Source of the DNA: Acholeplasmataceae bacterium
GTDB taxonomy: Bacteria > Bacillota_I > Bacilli_A > Acholeplasmatales > Acholeplasmataceae
Assembly: GCA_964230965.1 (NCBI GenBank)
Contig: CAXRJA010000073.1
Location: 1 to 43,887, forward strand
Reading direction: 5' to 3'
Length of the DNA stretch: 43,887 nucleotides
Part shown: positions 1 through 8,579 of the stretch, piece after piece
How positions within the stretch are numbered: position 1 is the first letter of the stretch
How the letters are laid out: every line of letters starts with the position of its first letter
Notes under the pieces: generated by a model
Told to the model about the DNA's origin: nothing
Database searches by the model: none
Seen by the model: the letters and a program-made list of their open reading frames with translations, nothing else
Position numbers and translations under genes: made by a program

Positions 1-411
1 CTTAGTTTGATCATCCTTTTATTTATCGGTATTTTTGTGAAAGTGATGTATCAAAAGCTTTTTTTAATGACTTATGATGAAAATTATGCATTGTTTTTAA
101 AAGTAAATGTCACATTGATACGATACATTCTAGCAATTTTAACATCATTATTTATTGTCATTGGCGTACGTTCAATCGGGGTTCTACTCATTACTTCGCT
201 TATTATTTTTCCAGCCGCTATCGCCTCTAGAATATCTCACACTTTTAAATACACACTTCTTTTAGGTGTCATCATTGCGACTTTATCAGCCGTCATTGGC
301 ATCTTAATTTCACATCCACTCAATATTCCTGCAAGTGCGTCAATTATTTTAATTTACACAATCTTTTTCATACTAAGTTTTGCTTTTAAACGTGGAGGTA
401 TTCAAACATGA
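1..411 (+). CDS. znuB: ABC-3 family metal (Zn/Mn) uptake permease, C-terminal part; CDS runs off the 5' window edge
   Basis: Frame 1 is open from nt 1; the track start at 7 is a TTG inside that frame. Strongly hydrophobic multi-TM sequence typical of ZnuB/MntB-type permeases. Stop TGA overlaps the ATG of the next gene, a Fur-family regulator (ATGA 408-411), matching the permease-zur order known from the S. aureus mreAB-zur operon. Confidence 0.65.
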   Translation, partial: LSLIILLFIGIFVKVMYQKLFLMTYDENYALFLKVNVTLIRYILAILTSLFIVIGVRSIGVLLITSLIIFPAAIASRISHTFKYTLLLGVIIATLSAVIGILISHPLNIPASASIILIYTIFFILSFAFKRGGIQT

Positions 412-770
412 GAATGACATCACAAAGAAAAAAAATACTAGATGTGTTGCATCAACATGATTTACCCATGACATGCGATGATATTCATATGATGATCAAA
501 GATGATAAATTAAATTTATCTACAGTGTACAGGTCTCTTGAGAAATTTTATGAAGATCACCAAGTATTTAAAACGATTATCAATCAAAAACAGTATTATT
601 ATACTGGTCATCATCATCACTTCTTAGTATGTATTGGTTGCGAAAAAATGATACCTGTTGGTTGCCATATCGAGGGTAAAGAAAAAGCCATTGGGCAACC
701 CTATGGCTTTCAAGTAACTCATCACGATATGACGTTATATGGATATTGTGACCATTGCCAAACGCATTAA
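408..770 (+). CDS. zur: Fur-family zinc uptake regulator (Zur)
   Basis: 120 aa. N-terminal winged-helix segment (RKKILDVL..LSTVYRSLE). GHHHHFLVCIGCEK closely resembles the HHHHHFICLACGK region of B. subtilis Zur. C-terminal CDHC forms the second Cys pair. Coupled to the metal permease upstream. Confidence 0.75.
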   Translation: MRMTSQRKKILDVLHQHDLPMTCDDIHMMIKDDKLNLSTVYRSLEKFYEDHQVFKTIINQKQYYYTGHHHHFLVCIGCEKMIPVGCHIEGKEKAIGQPYGFQVTHHDMTLYGYCDHCQTH

Positions 771-1597
771 CCAAAACGTCTTGGATCTTCTGAAAGTTGA
801 TCTAATAATAAAACATCTTCTTTTGAAATTGAAAAATCTAAGTCTGCATTTTCTTCCATGCGGACTTTTTTTGTTGATTTAGGAAGTGGCAGTGTGTTGT
901 GTTCTAATGTGTAACGAATGAGTATTTGTGCAGGTGTTCTTTGATATTTTTCTGCAAGTGATACAACGAGTGGGATCTTTAGAGCATGTCCAATCGCAAG
1001 CGGTGAATATGCTTCAACTAATATATGATTGTCTTGACAAAATGCAATCGTCTGTTTTTGTTTTTGAAAGTGACCAGCAAAAAATGCGATCTGATTCACG
1101 TGAGGTACTACACCAGTTCTAGCGATTAAATCTTTCAAGTCATCCACATTAAAATTTGAGACACCGATGGCACGAATTTTTTTTGATTCATAAAGTTCTA
1201 CCATTTTTTTCCAGGCTTCTGCGTTACCCTCTTTACAATCTTGACCAATGTTTGACCATGGCCATGGTGCATGGATTAAATATAAGTCTAAATAATCTAA
1301 TTGTAATCGTTTGAGTGTTTCATGAAAATACGATTCTGTTTCATCATATGTTTTAATATGTGAAGGTAATTTTGACGTTACAAAGAGTTCAGACCTCTTT
1401 ATATGCGCATCTTTAATAGCTTGGCCAACACTCACTTCATTTTCATAAACATAAGCTGTATCAATATGTATATAGCCTACTTCTAGCGCATCTTTAACAG
1501 CTTGATAGGCGATATCACCATTTGGTACTTGCCAAGTCCCAAATCCAACTTTAGGAATATTAACACCATTATATAATTGAAATGTTTCTTTTAACAT
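767..1597 (-). CDS. Aldo/keto reductase (YtbE/YvgN, 2,5-diketo-D-gluconate reductase-like)
   Basis: 276 aa with AKR motifs GFGTWQ, DTAYVYENE, SKL and LDYLDLYLIHAPWP. Strong RBS TAAGGAGG upstream of the ATG at 1597. Confidence 0.85.
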   Translation of the reverse strand: MLKETFQLYNGVNIPKVGFGTWQVPNGDIAYQAVKDALEVGYIHIDTAYVYENEVSVGQAIKDAHIKRSELFVTSKLPSHIKTYDETESYFHETLKRLQLDYLDLYLIHAPWPWSNIGQDCKEGNAEAWKKMVELYESKKIRAIGVSNFNVDDLKDLIARTGVVPHVNQIAFFAGHFQKQKQTIAFCQDNHILVEAYSPLAIGHALKIPLVVSLAEKYQRTPAQILIRYTLEHNTLPLPKSTKKVRMEENADLDFSISKEDVLLLDQLSEDPRRFG

Positions 1598-1607
1598 GTG
1601 ATCCTCC

Positions 1608-1979
1608 TTATTTGATCATTTTGTATATGATATATGTTGTTGAAGTGGCAATCAATAATAAGATGATGCCTATATAAAGATTTAAAAAAGCATATGTTGT
1701 AGATAATAATATTGTTCTAGAAATGTATAAACCGATATATATGTATAAACTATATTCTAGTAATGATTTTTCATTTGGTGTCATGAGCTTCATTTGTATA
1801 GATGCTTTTTGATAGTGCTTAAACATGAAAATGGCACATATAAAAGCGACAAAAAAGATCAATGCTTGCGCGAGTCCTTCTTCATTGATGATGGCGACTA
1901 ATATGGTGTAAATTGAAAGTAAGATTAACATGATGTGTGCATAAAATCTTAATAGTAAATATTTATATGGAATATTCAT
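1608..1979 (-). CDS. Small hypothetical integral membrane protein (about 4 TM)
   Basis: I use the internal start MNIPYKY at 1979, preceded by AAAGGAG. The track's longer start at 2057 would overlap the coaD start. Hydrophobic throughout, no recognisable motif. Sits directly upstream of the AKR gene, probably in the same operon. Confidence 0.5.
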   Translation of the reverse strand: MNIPYKYLLLRFYAHIMLILLSIYTILVAIINEEGLAQALIFFVAFICAIFMFKHYQKASIQMKLMTPNEKSLLEYSLYIYIGLYISRTILLSTTYAFLNLYIGIILLLIATSTTYIIYKMIK

Positions 1980-2020
1980 AATGACTCCTTTTATGTTATA
2001 ATGCATGTGAGGTAAATCAA

Positions 2021-2506
2021 ATGAGAAAAGCAATGTATCCAGGTACATTTGATCCAATTACAAAAGGACATGTCGATGTCATCGAACGTGCAGCTAATCT
2101 AGTCGATACTCTCTATGTTATTGTTGCAGACAATATGCATAAATCACGTTCATTCTCTGTTGAAAAAAGAATTGAATTTGTTCAAAAAGCAACAAAACAT
2201 ATTCCGAATCTTATCATCACATCTACAAGTGACCTTGTTGTGAGATATGCGCAAGAACATGACATTCAACTATTAGTGAGAGGACTTAGAAATATTCAAG
2301 ACTACGAAAATGAATATGCACTCTATCAATATAACAGAAATATCAATCCTAACATTGAAACCGTCATTTTATTTCCATCTTCTAGAAATCATTTTGTATC
2401 ATCTTCTGCAATTAAAGAATTGATTTTCCATGGTGCAGATATCGATCTCTATATTCCAGAAGTCATCATTGAAGACGTTCAAAAAGGCATTCTAAGTCAA
2501 AAGTAA
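2021..2506 (+). CDS. coaD: Phosphopantetheine adenylyltransferase
   Basis: 161 aa. N-terminus YPGTFDPITKGHVDVIERA carries the CoaD T/HxGH nucleotidyltransferase signature; ISSSAIKE-type motif near the C-terminus. Confidence 0.9.
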   Translation: MRKAMYPGTFDPITKGHVDVIERAANLVDTLYVIVADNMHKSRSFSVEKRIEFVQKATKHIPNLIITSTSDLVVRYAQEHDIQLLVRGLRNIQDYENEYALYQYNRNINPNIETVILFPSSRNHFVSSSAIKELIFHGADIDLYIPEVIIEDVQKGILSQK

Positions 2507-3274
2507 TTGATGTTTGATAAAAAATTCATATAATAAATCGTGTTTTATATGAGGGGCAATGAATGTTGCCTCTTTTTTTAATGCAACAAATCTTGAATTA
2601 TCCATTGCAATGCCAATATCTGCTATCTTTATCATGGAGACATCGTTTAATCCATCGCCAACAGTAATCAATTGATCATATGGATTTAATTGTCTTAAAT
2701 ACTCAATTCCTGAAGCTTTATGCACATGTGGATAAATAAAATCTGCACCTCCAACATGCCAAGGAAAACAATGAAATTGAGTAAGCTTATGAGCGACTTC
2801 TTTAATATCATCATCTGAATCTGCAAATATCCACAACTGATAAATGCGCTGATTTAAGTAAAATTGAGGATCTACGATTGGATGTATCCCTCTTAGTGTT
2901 TGCATGGCATGATTCACACGTGCATCTGGATACAAAATTGCATCATCTTTTTCACTTACCATACCAATATTAATATTGGTGTCTTTTAAGATCGTGAACA
3001 CATGCTCGATGTCTTTTATCAAAATCGGAATGTCATGAACGAGTGTGCCATTAATATAAAGCATTGCACCATTAATCAGTACCATATGATCAAACAAAGG
3101 TATGATGTCTTTAACAATTGTGAGTTTTTCTAAACTTCTTCCTGTCGCCAAACCTAAAATTGTATCTGGTTGTTTTTTTAATGCATGCAAAAGTTTTAAG
3201 GTATTCGGTAAAATGCGTCCTTCATCATTAAAAAATAAAGTATTATCTAAGTCAAAATAATAGGCTTTTTTCAT
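2492..3274 (-). CDS. Cof-type HAD-IIB family hydrolase (sugar/phosphate phosphatase)
   Basis: HAD motif I FDLDNTLF, motif II ATGRS, motif IV GDGLNDVSM. Start chosen at MKKAYYF (3274) behind GAGGAAAAT; the track's extra 15 codons lack an RBS. Confidence 0.8.
   Translation of the reverse strand: MKKAYYFDLDNTLFFNDEGRILPNTLKLLHALKKQPDTILGLATGRSLEKLTIVKDIIPLFDHMVLINGAMLYINGTLVHDIPILIKDIEHVFTILKDTNINIGMVSEKDDAILYPDARVNHAMQTLRGIHPIVDPQFYLNQRIYQLWIFADSDDDIKEVAHKLTQFHCFPWHVGGADFIYPHVHKASGIEYLRQLNPYDQLITVGDGLNDVSMIKIADIGIAMDNSRFVALKKEATFIAPHIKHDLLYEFFIKHQLLLT
2551..2579 (+). terminator. Intrinsic terminator of coaD, embedded in the 3' coding end of the convergent HAD gene
   Basis: Stem GGGGCAA / TTGCCTC (one G-U pair), loop TGAATG, then T7 at 2573-2579. 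Confidence 0.6.
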
Positions 3275-3374
3275 ATTTTCCTCACACTTATTATAGCATA
3301 TGAGCGTGAAAGCTATCATTTCATCGCGAAATGTTATACAATAAAGATAACTAGTAACGATTCGGAGGAAAGAT

Positions 3375-5066
3375 ATGAGTCAAGACTTGCTTAAATCAGG
3401 CGAGATAGGTTTTTTCGCTTTAGGTGGTTTGGGTGAAGTTGGGAAAAATATGTATGTGTATGAAATCGAGAAACAACTTTTCGTTGTCGATTCTGGCATA
3501 TTATTTCCCGATGAACACTTATTAGGAATAGATTACGTCATTCCAGATTTTTCATATTTAGAACAAAACCAAGATCGTATTGTCGGTCTTTTTATCACGC
3601 ACGGTCATGAAGATCACATAGGAAGTATCCCGTATTTATTAAAACAAGTAAAAATACCAAAAATATATGCTGCTGGAATTGCAGTTGATTTCATTGAACA
3701 TAAATTAAATGAACACAACTTATCATCCGTACCACCCATTGAAGAATTTAAAAGCTATTATAAATATACATTTAAAAATACTGAAGTTTCATTTATAAGG
3801 TTGACACATTCAATTCCAGATATGTATGGCATCGTCTTTAGAACACCACTTGGGATTTTATTTCATACAGGTGATTTTAAAATTGACTTCACACCTGTTG
3901 GTCCCCCAGCAGAATATCATAAGCTGACACAAATCGGACAAGAAGGTGTGCTTCTTTTATGTAGTGATTCTACCAATGCAGAACGTGACGATGTGATTCA
4001 ATCAGAAAGTGTGATTGGTGAATCTATTAACGAACTTTTTGCAAACATTCGTGGACGTATCATCATTGCAACGTTTGCTTCGAATGTCTATAGAATTCAA
4101 CAAATTATTGAATCTGCTATTAAAAATCAGCGAAAAATTGCTGTATTCGGACGTTCTATGGAGCGTGCCATTGAAATAGGCATTCAAAGTGGTTACATAA
4201 AAATCCCTAAAGATGCCATCATTAAGCCAGAACATGTTTCTAAAATGAATCCCTCTGAAATCGTGATTTTAGTGACAGGTTCTCAAGGTGAACCGCTTGC
4301 AGCACTCACAAGAATCGCGACGAATAATCATCGTTTCATTCAAGCAATGGCAGGTGATACGGTTGTATTTTCCTCTTCTCCTATCCCTGGTAATTCTGAA
4401 CCTATCAACAAAACAATCGATAAATTGTACCGACTCAATGTCAATGTCATCACACATGGTCCGATTGCAGATACACATACATCTGGACACGGGAATCGTA
4501 GTGATCTAAAAATGATGTTATCACTCCTTAAACCCAAAATGTTTATTCCAGTCCATGGTGAACACCGCATGCAAAGACATCATCAAGACTTAGCATTACA
4601 ATGCGGTGTTAATAAGAAACATATTCTTATTTTGGATAATGGTGATGTTGCTGCCATTTCAAAAAATCACATACGTCTTGCAGGCTCAGTGCCATCCGGT
4701 GAAGTTTATATCGATGGGACTGGTGTTGGAGATATTGGATCAAAAGTGATTAAAGAAAGAAAAGTATTATCTGAAGAGGGCTTATTTTCGATCATTATCA
4801 CGTACGATGGTAAAACAAGAAAACTCCTGAATCATCCAACCGTCATCTCTCGAGGTTTCATTTATATGAAAGGTAATGAAGCCATCACCTCAAGTCTATC
4901 CAATGAAGTTGAATCTTTAATTCACCAAGAACTCAATAAAAAAATGATCAATCCACAAACAATGAAACAAGTAGTGATTGATCATTTATCTCAAATTATT
5001 CATAAGCTTACGCTTCGAAAACCTTTAATTATTCCGATTCTTGTCGACTTAGCCCAACAAAGTTAA
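3375..5066 (+). CDS. rnj: Ribonuclease J (metallo-beta-lactamase / beta-CASP RNase)
   Basis: 563 aa. HGHEDHIG metal-binding motif near residue 76; length and architecture typical of RNase J1/J2. RBS GGAGGAAAG. Confidence 0.9.
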   Translation: MSQDLLKSGEIGFFALGGLGEVGKNMYVYEIEKQLFVVDSGILFPDEHLLGIDYVIPDFSYLEQNQDRIVGLFITHGHEDHIGSIPYLLKQVKIPKIYAAGIAVDFIEHKLNEHNLSSVPPIEEFKSYYKYTFKNTEVSFIRLTHSIPDMYGIVFRTPLGILFHTGDFKIDFTPVGPPAEYHKLTQIGQEGVLLLCSDSTNAERDDVIQSESVIGESINELFANIRGRIIIATFASNVYRIQQIIESAIKNQRKIAVFGRSMERAIEIGIQSGYIKIPKDAIIKPEHVSKMNPSEIVILVTGSQGEPLAALTRIATNNHRFIQAMAGDTVVFSSSPIPGNSEPINKTIDKLYRLNVNVITHGPIADTHTSGHGNRSDLKMMLSLLKPKMFIPVHGEHRMQRHHQDLALQCGVNKKHILILDNGDVAAISKNHIRLAGSVPSGEVYIDGTGVGDIGSKVIKERKVLSEEGLFSIIITYDGKTRKLLNHPTVISRGFIYMKGNEAITSSLSNEVESLIHQELNKKMINPQTMKQVVIDHLSQIIHKLTLRKPLIIPILVDLAQQS

Positions 5067-5933
5067 CACTTTGTTGGTTTTTTTTATGAACGTATCATCT
5101 ACGTTAAATACTTCTCCTAACATCGCACCAATGAGCATCCCTCTGTCTGAGGACGCACCACCAATTTTAGTATTTAAGTGTAACCCCTCTTTAAAACTAT
5201 TACTATGATAAACAACATGAAAAATTACCGGTACTGCATGATCAATATGACATGCAGTGCCAGCATATTTTGAAATATATTTTTTTGAATCTGTCATTTC
5301 TGTTGCTTTAACAAAGGTTTCTTTTTTATCTTCAGGAAGTCCATTCATAATGTCTAATATGAGGGCCTTATGTGGTTTTGTTTTGGCATGTTTAAAGAAC
5401 GTATCAAGCATATTAAAATATAATAAATAATCTGGATGACTTGCAAAAACATGTGTAAATTTTAGTGCACGTGATGTTGTGAGTCCAACTTGATGACATA
5501 CTAAATACGGAACAAATCCAACAAGTTGATCATCATCAAATGGTCTAGAAAAGAAATCAGGATTGTTTTCCATTGATTTACGATCTTCTAGTAATTTTCT
5601 ACCATATGCTTCGATATATCCTTGATAATCACTACCTTCTTTGATATGCTCGTAAATCAAATCATCATATTGATCAAATGGATATTGAGGATGTTGTTTA
5701 AGCGTTTGATATAACCATATCGCAATATTCCCTTGAAAAGATACATCACCAATGGATGCATTTGGATATGAAAAATAACTCTTCTTTGATTGATCATATA
5801 ATGTTTGATCAGGTGTTAAAAATAAAATGTCTTGTTTTTTAGATAATCTTTCTAAAAACGGCATATCATAAATCCAGTTAAGCCCTAAAGCGGCTGCATT
5901 ACCTATGAGTGCGTTTCTTAATATGTGTTCCAT
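5049..5933 (-). CDS. Hypothetical protein with weak, degenerate ADP-ribosylglycohydrolase (ARH/DraG)-like motifs
   Basis: 294 aa. RBS AGGAGG lies inside the 3' end of the upstream exonuclease gene (16-nt overlap). N-terminal LIGNAAALGLNW sits where ARH proteins have GxAxGDALG; C-terminal GGASSDRGMLIGAMLG sits where they have GGDTDTxxAIxGxLxG. The coding call is solid; the family assignment rests on visual motifs only. Confidence 0.35.
   Translation of the reverse strand: MEHILRNALIGNAAALGLNWIYDMPFLERLSKKQDILFLTPDQTLYDQSKKSYFSYPNASIGDVSFQGNIAIWLYQTLKQHPQYPFDQYDDLIYEHIKEGSDYQGYIEAYGRKLLEDRKSMENNPDFFSRPFDDDQLVGFVPYLVCHQVGLTTSRALKFTHVFASHPDYLLYFNMLDTFFKHAKTKPHKALILDIMNGLPEDKKETFVKATEMTDSKKYISKYAGTACHIDHAVPVIFHVVYHSNSFKEGLHLNTKIGGASSDRGMLIGAMLGEVFNVDDTFIKKTNKVLTLLG
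5054..5085 (+). terminator. Intrinsic terminator of rnj; its stop codon lies in the hairpin loop
   Basis: 10-bp stem CCAACAAAGT / ACTTTGTTGG. The 4-nt loop TAAC contains the rnj TAA (5064-5066). Followed by T8 at 5078-5085. Confidence 0.85.
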
Positions 5934-6766
5934 AAATACCTCCTGTGTGCTTGCATAAGTTTCATAAATGCTTTTGTTATATACATGGTCATTTTTGCAT
6001 CATCAAGTGCATCATGCGATTGTGTTACTGTATCTTTAGAATACATTTGATATGCTTTAACTAATCCTAAGTCATCTTTTAAATGATAATAATCTTTATG
6101 AAGTTTTAACATATCAATAAAGTCTATTGATTCTAGTAATGGGGGTTTTTGATGAATATTAAAAGAGTCTTTTAGTACTTGTATGTCGTTTTTTCCCCAG
6201 ACTACCCATTTTGGTTGATATGTTTTTTTGATATAATCTATCGTTTCATATAGTAACGCATATGGCATTGCTTGCTGGTCATAGATCTTTTGATCTAATT
6301 TCAAGAATTTTTTTGTTCTCTCTGTCAAAGGATGTTTATGTTGATCGTATAAATAATGACTCGATTCATACAATGGTGTAAACATATGATCTGTAACCAC
6401 TAATCCAAACTGAATAATTTCTGATTGGAAATAGCCTTTATGTTTATAACTCGGCATACTCATCTCAAAATCTAAAAAGACAAAGTGCTTAATGTCTTCC
6501 ATGAATGTTTGCATATCAAGTCTCAACATATCAATATCATAAAGCATTCGATACGGTTTTAATGAAATCACTTGTTTAAATGTTTTTACTTTGTGTAAAT
6601 ATCGATGCACCCGTTTTGTATCCACATCAATTAACATTCCTTGATTCAAAACCGGTAGAAAAATAGAAGCAATTTTATGACTTAATAAAAGTTTTATCAG
6701 ACGTCTATTTTCTCTAATGTATACGTATCGCTTTTCATAATCCATGCTGTAAATGATCGCTCTCAT
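5918..6766 (-). CDS. DEDDh 3'-5' exonuclease (KapD/ERI-1-like) with an extra N-terminal domain of about 95 aa
   Basis: Exo I FLDFEMS, Exo II WGKND, Exo III HDALDDA. ATG overlaps the uvrC stop (ATGA 6763-6766). RBS AAGGA. Confidence 0.7.
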   Translation of the reverse strand: MRAIIYSMDYEKRYVYIRENRRLIKLLLSHKIASIFLPVLNQGMLIDVDTKRVHRYLHKVKTFKQVISLKPYRMLYDIDMLRLDMQTFMEDIKHFVFLDFEMSMPSYKHKGYFQSEIIQFGLVVTDHMFTPLYESSHYLYDQHKHPLTERTKKFLKLDQKIYDQQAMPYALLYETIDYIKKTYQPKWVVWGKNDIQVLKDSFNIHQKPPLLESIDFIDMLKLHKDYYHLKDDLGLVKAYQMYSKDTVTQSHDALDDAKMTMYITKAFMKLMQAHRRYLWNTY

Positions 6767-8493
6767 GAGTGTTCCTTTATCTTTTTTATTATGGCATCAG
6801 GAATACCAGATTGTTTGAGAGCATCTAAAGATGCTTCTTGTATTCTTTCAAACGTGCCAAACTGTTGAATAAGTCTCGCTTTTCTTTTAGGTCCGATACC
6901 TTCAATCTCATCCAATTTAGAGGCATAGGCAAGTTTATCTCTCGTTTTTCGATGAAATGTAATGGCAAATCTGTGCACTTCTTCAGATAATTTGATTAAA
7001 AATTTAAACAACGTATCATTGGGTTTTAATTGTTTTGTATGTCCTTGATAAACAAGTCCCTCTAATTGATGACGTTTATTTTTTTTGAGTCCACACACTG
7101 GAATATCTAATTCTAATTCTTGAATCACTTCTTCTGCAGCATGCACTTGTCCAATGCCACCATCGACTAAAATGACATCTGGAAATTGCCCTGATTCTAC
7201 AAGAAGTTTCTGATACCTTCTATAAATCACTTCACGCATGGCTTGATAATCATCATTTGTTGTTGTTTTTAAATGATATTTTCTATAACTTTTCTTTTCA
7301 AATTGTTTGGTATCATACACAATGACAGCAGAAATGGGTGCTGCACCAAATAACTGTGCATTGTCAAAAACATCGATTCTCGTAACCTCTTTTAATAGTG
7401 CTTGAGAAAGTTTTTGCAATCCTAAATGTTTCTGATCATCTTGATGACGATGTAACATAAAATGATGTTCTAAACTCTGGGATGCATTTTTATGTGCCAA
7501 TAAAGTGAGTTGATATTTATTTCCTTTTTGTGGAAATACAACTTTAGACCCATAAGTCTCTTCAATGGCTGTAGAAGCCATTGAAACATGACAACAGAGC
7601 TCATCAGGTGTATCAAATTCATACAATTGATTTAAGTAACTCATAATGGTCTCACTGGCATCTAATGTATAGTTGAAAACTGTTTGGATGTGATCTATGA
7701 GTTTGCCATCTCTTAATTTAAATATCTCGATGGCACAATCTGTTTCATTGGATGCGAATGCCAAAACATCTCTATTGAGTCCATCATTAAGATTAATGAG
7801 CTGTTTCTCAGTCGTATGCTCAATATGATGTATCATATCACGATACTCTGCTGCTTTTTCAAATAGCATGGCTTCAGATGCTTCAACCATATTGTCTTTT
7901 AATTTTTTTAAAACCTCTTTTGTATCTCCTTTTAAAAAGTTCACAATTTGTGTGATGTAATGATCATAGTTTACATCTTTAAATACACATGGTGCCAAAC
8001 ATTGTCCGATATGGTAGTATAAGCAAGTTTTGTTTGGCAGTATCTCACATTTTCTAAGAGGATATAGCTGATTTAATAACCTAACTGTCTCTCTTGCAGC
8101 GTATACATTTGGATACGGCCCAAAGACACGACTATTGGATTGTTTTTGTCTAACGACTTGCAGTTTTGGATAATTTTCATCTGTAAGTTCGATATAAGGA
8201 TATGTCTTATCATCCATTAATCGAATGTTATATTTAGGACTATACTGCTTAATGAGATTGAGTTCTAAAATAAGGGATTCATGTTCGGTACGAGTCACGA
8301 TATAGGAAAAATCATGTATTTCAGATACAAGTTTGGTTGTTTTTTCGTTGTGTGCACCTACAAAATAAGAACGCACTCGATTTTTTAAATTTTTCGCTTT
8401 TCCTACATAGATGACCTGATCGGATGTATTTTTCATCAAATAGCATCCCGGTAAATCAGGTAACAATGTTAGCTGTTTTTTAATAGAATTCAC
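6763..8493 (-). CDS. uvrC: Excinuclease ABC subunit C
   Basis: 576 aa. N-terminal GIY-YIG (CYLMKN..VIYVGKAKNLKNRVRSYF), central Cys-rich/UvrB-interacting region, C-terminal endonuclease domain and (HhH)2 (IEGIGPKRKARL). The start codon at 8493 is GTG. Confidence 0.95.
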   Translation of the reverse strand: MNSIKKQLTLLPDLPGCYLMKNTSDQVIYVGKAKNLKNRVRSYFVGAHNEKTTKLVSEIHDFSYIVTRTEHESLILELNLIKQYSPKYNIRLMDDKTYPYIELTDENYPKLQVVRQKQSNSRVFGPYPNVYAARETVRLLNQLYPLRKCEILPNKTCLYYHIGQCLAPCVFKDVNYDHYITQIVNFLKGDTKEVLKKLKDNMVEASEAMLFEKAAEYRDMIHHIEHTTEKQLINLNDGLNRDVLAFASNETDCAIEIFKLRDGKLIDHIQTVFNYTLDASETIMSYLNQLYEFDTPDELCCHVSMASTAIEETYGSKVVFPQKGNKYQLTLLAHKNASQSLEHHFMLHRHQDDQKHLGLQKLSQALLKEVTRIDVFDNAQLFGAAPISAVIVYDTKQFEKKSYRKYHLKTTTNDDYQAMREVIYRRYQKLLVESGQFPDVILVDGGIGQVHAAEEVIQELELDIPVCGLKKNKRHQLEGLVYQGHTKQLKPNDTLFKFLIKLSEEVHRFAITFHRKTRDKLAYASKLDEIEGIGPKRKARLIQQFGTFERIQEASLDALKQSGIPDAIIKKIKEHS

Positions 8494-8579
8494 ATCGTTA
8501 TTTTACCATATTAAGGTATAAACATTGATTCAACAACAATATCGCATATAATTAAGGTATAAAATGAAAAGAGAACCTT

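Noticed and set aside
580-1122. Track ORFs 580..774(-) and 928..1122(+).
   Set aside because: They lie antisense to or inside zur and the AKR gene, both of which carry clear family motifs. They have no RBS and show low-complexity translations.
4002-4570. Four short ORFs (4002..4235-, 4269..4490-, 4288..4509+, 4340..4570-) inside rnj.
   Set aside because: All are nested in the RNase J coding frame, which is continuous and motif-bearing. The alternative-frame translations are Cys/Arg-rich noise.
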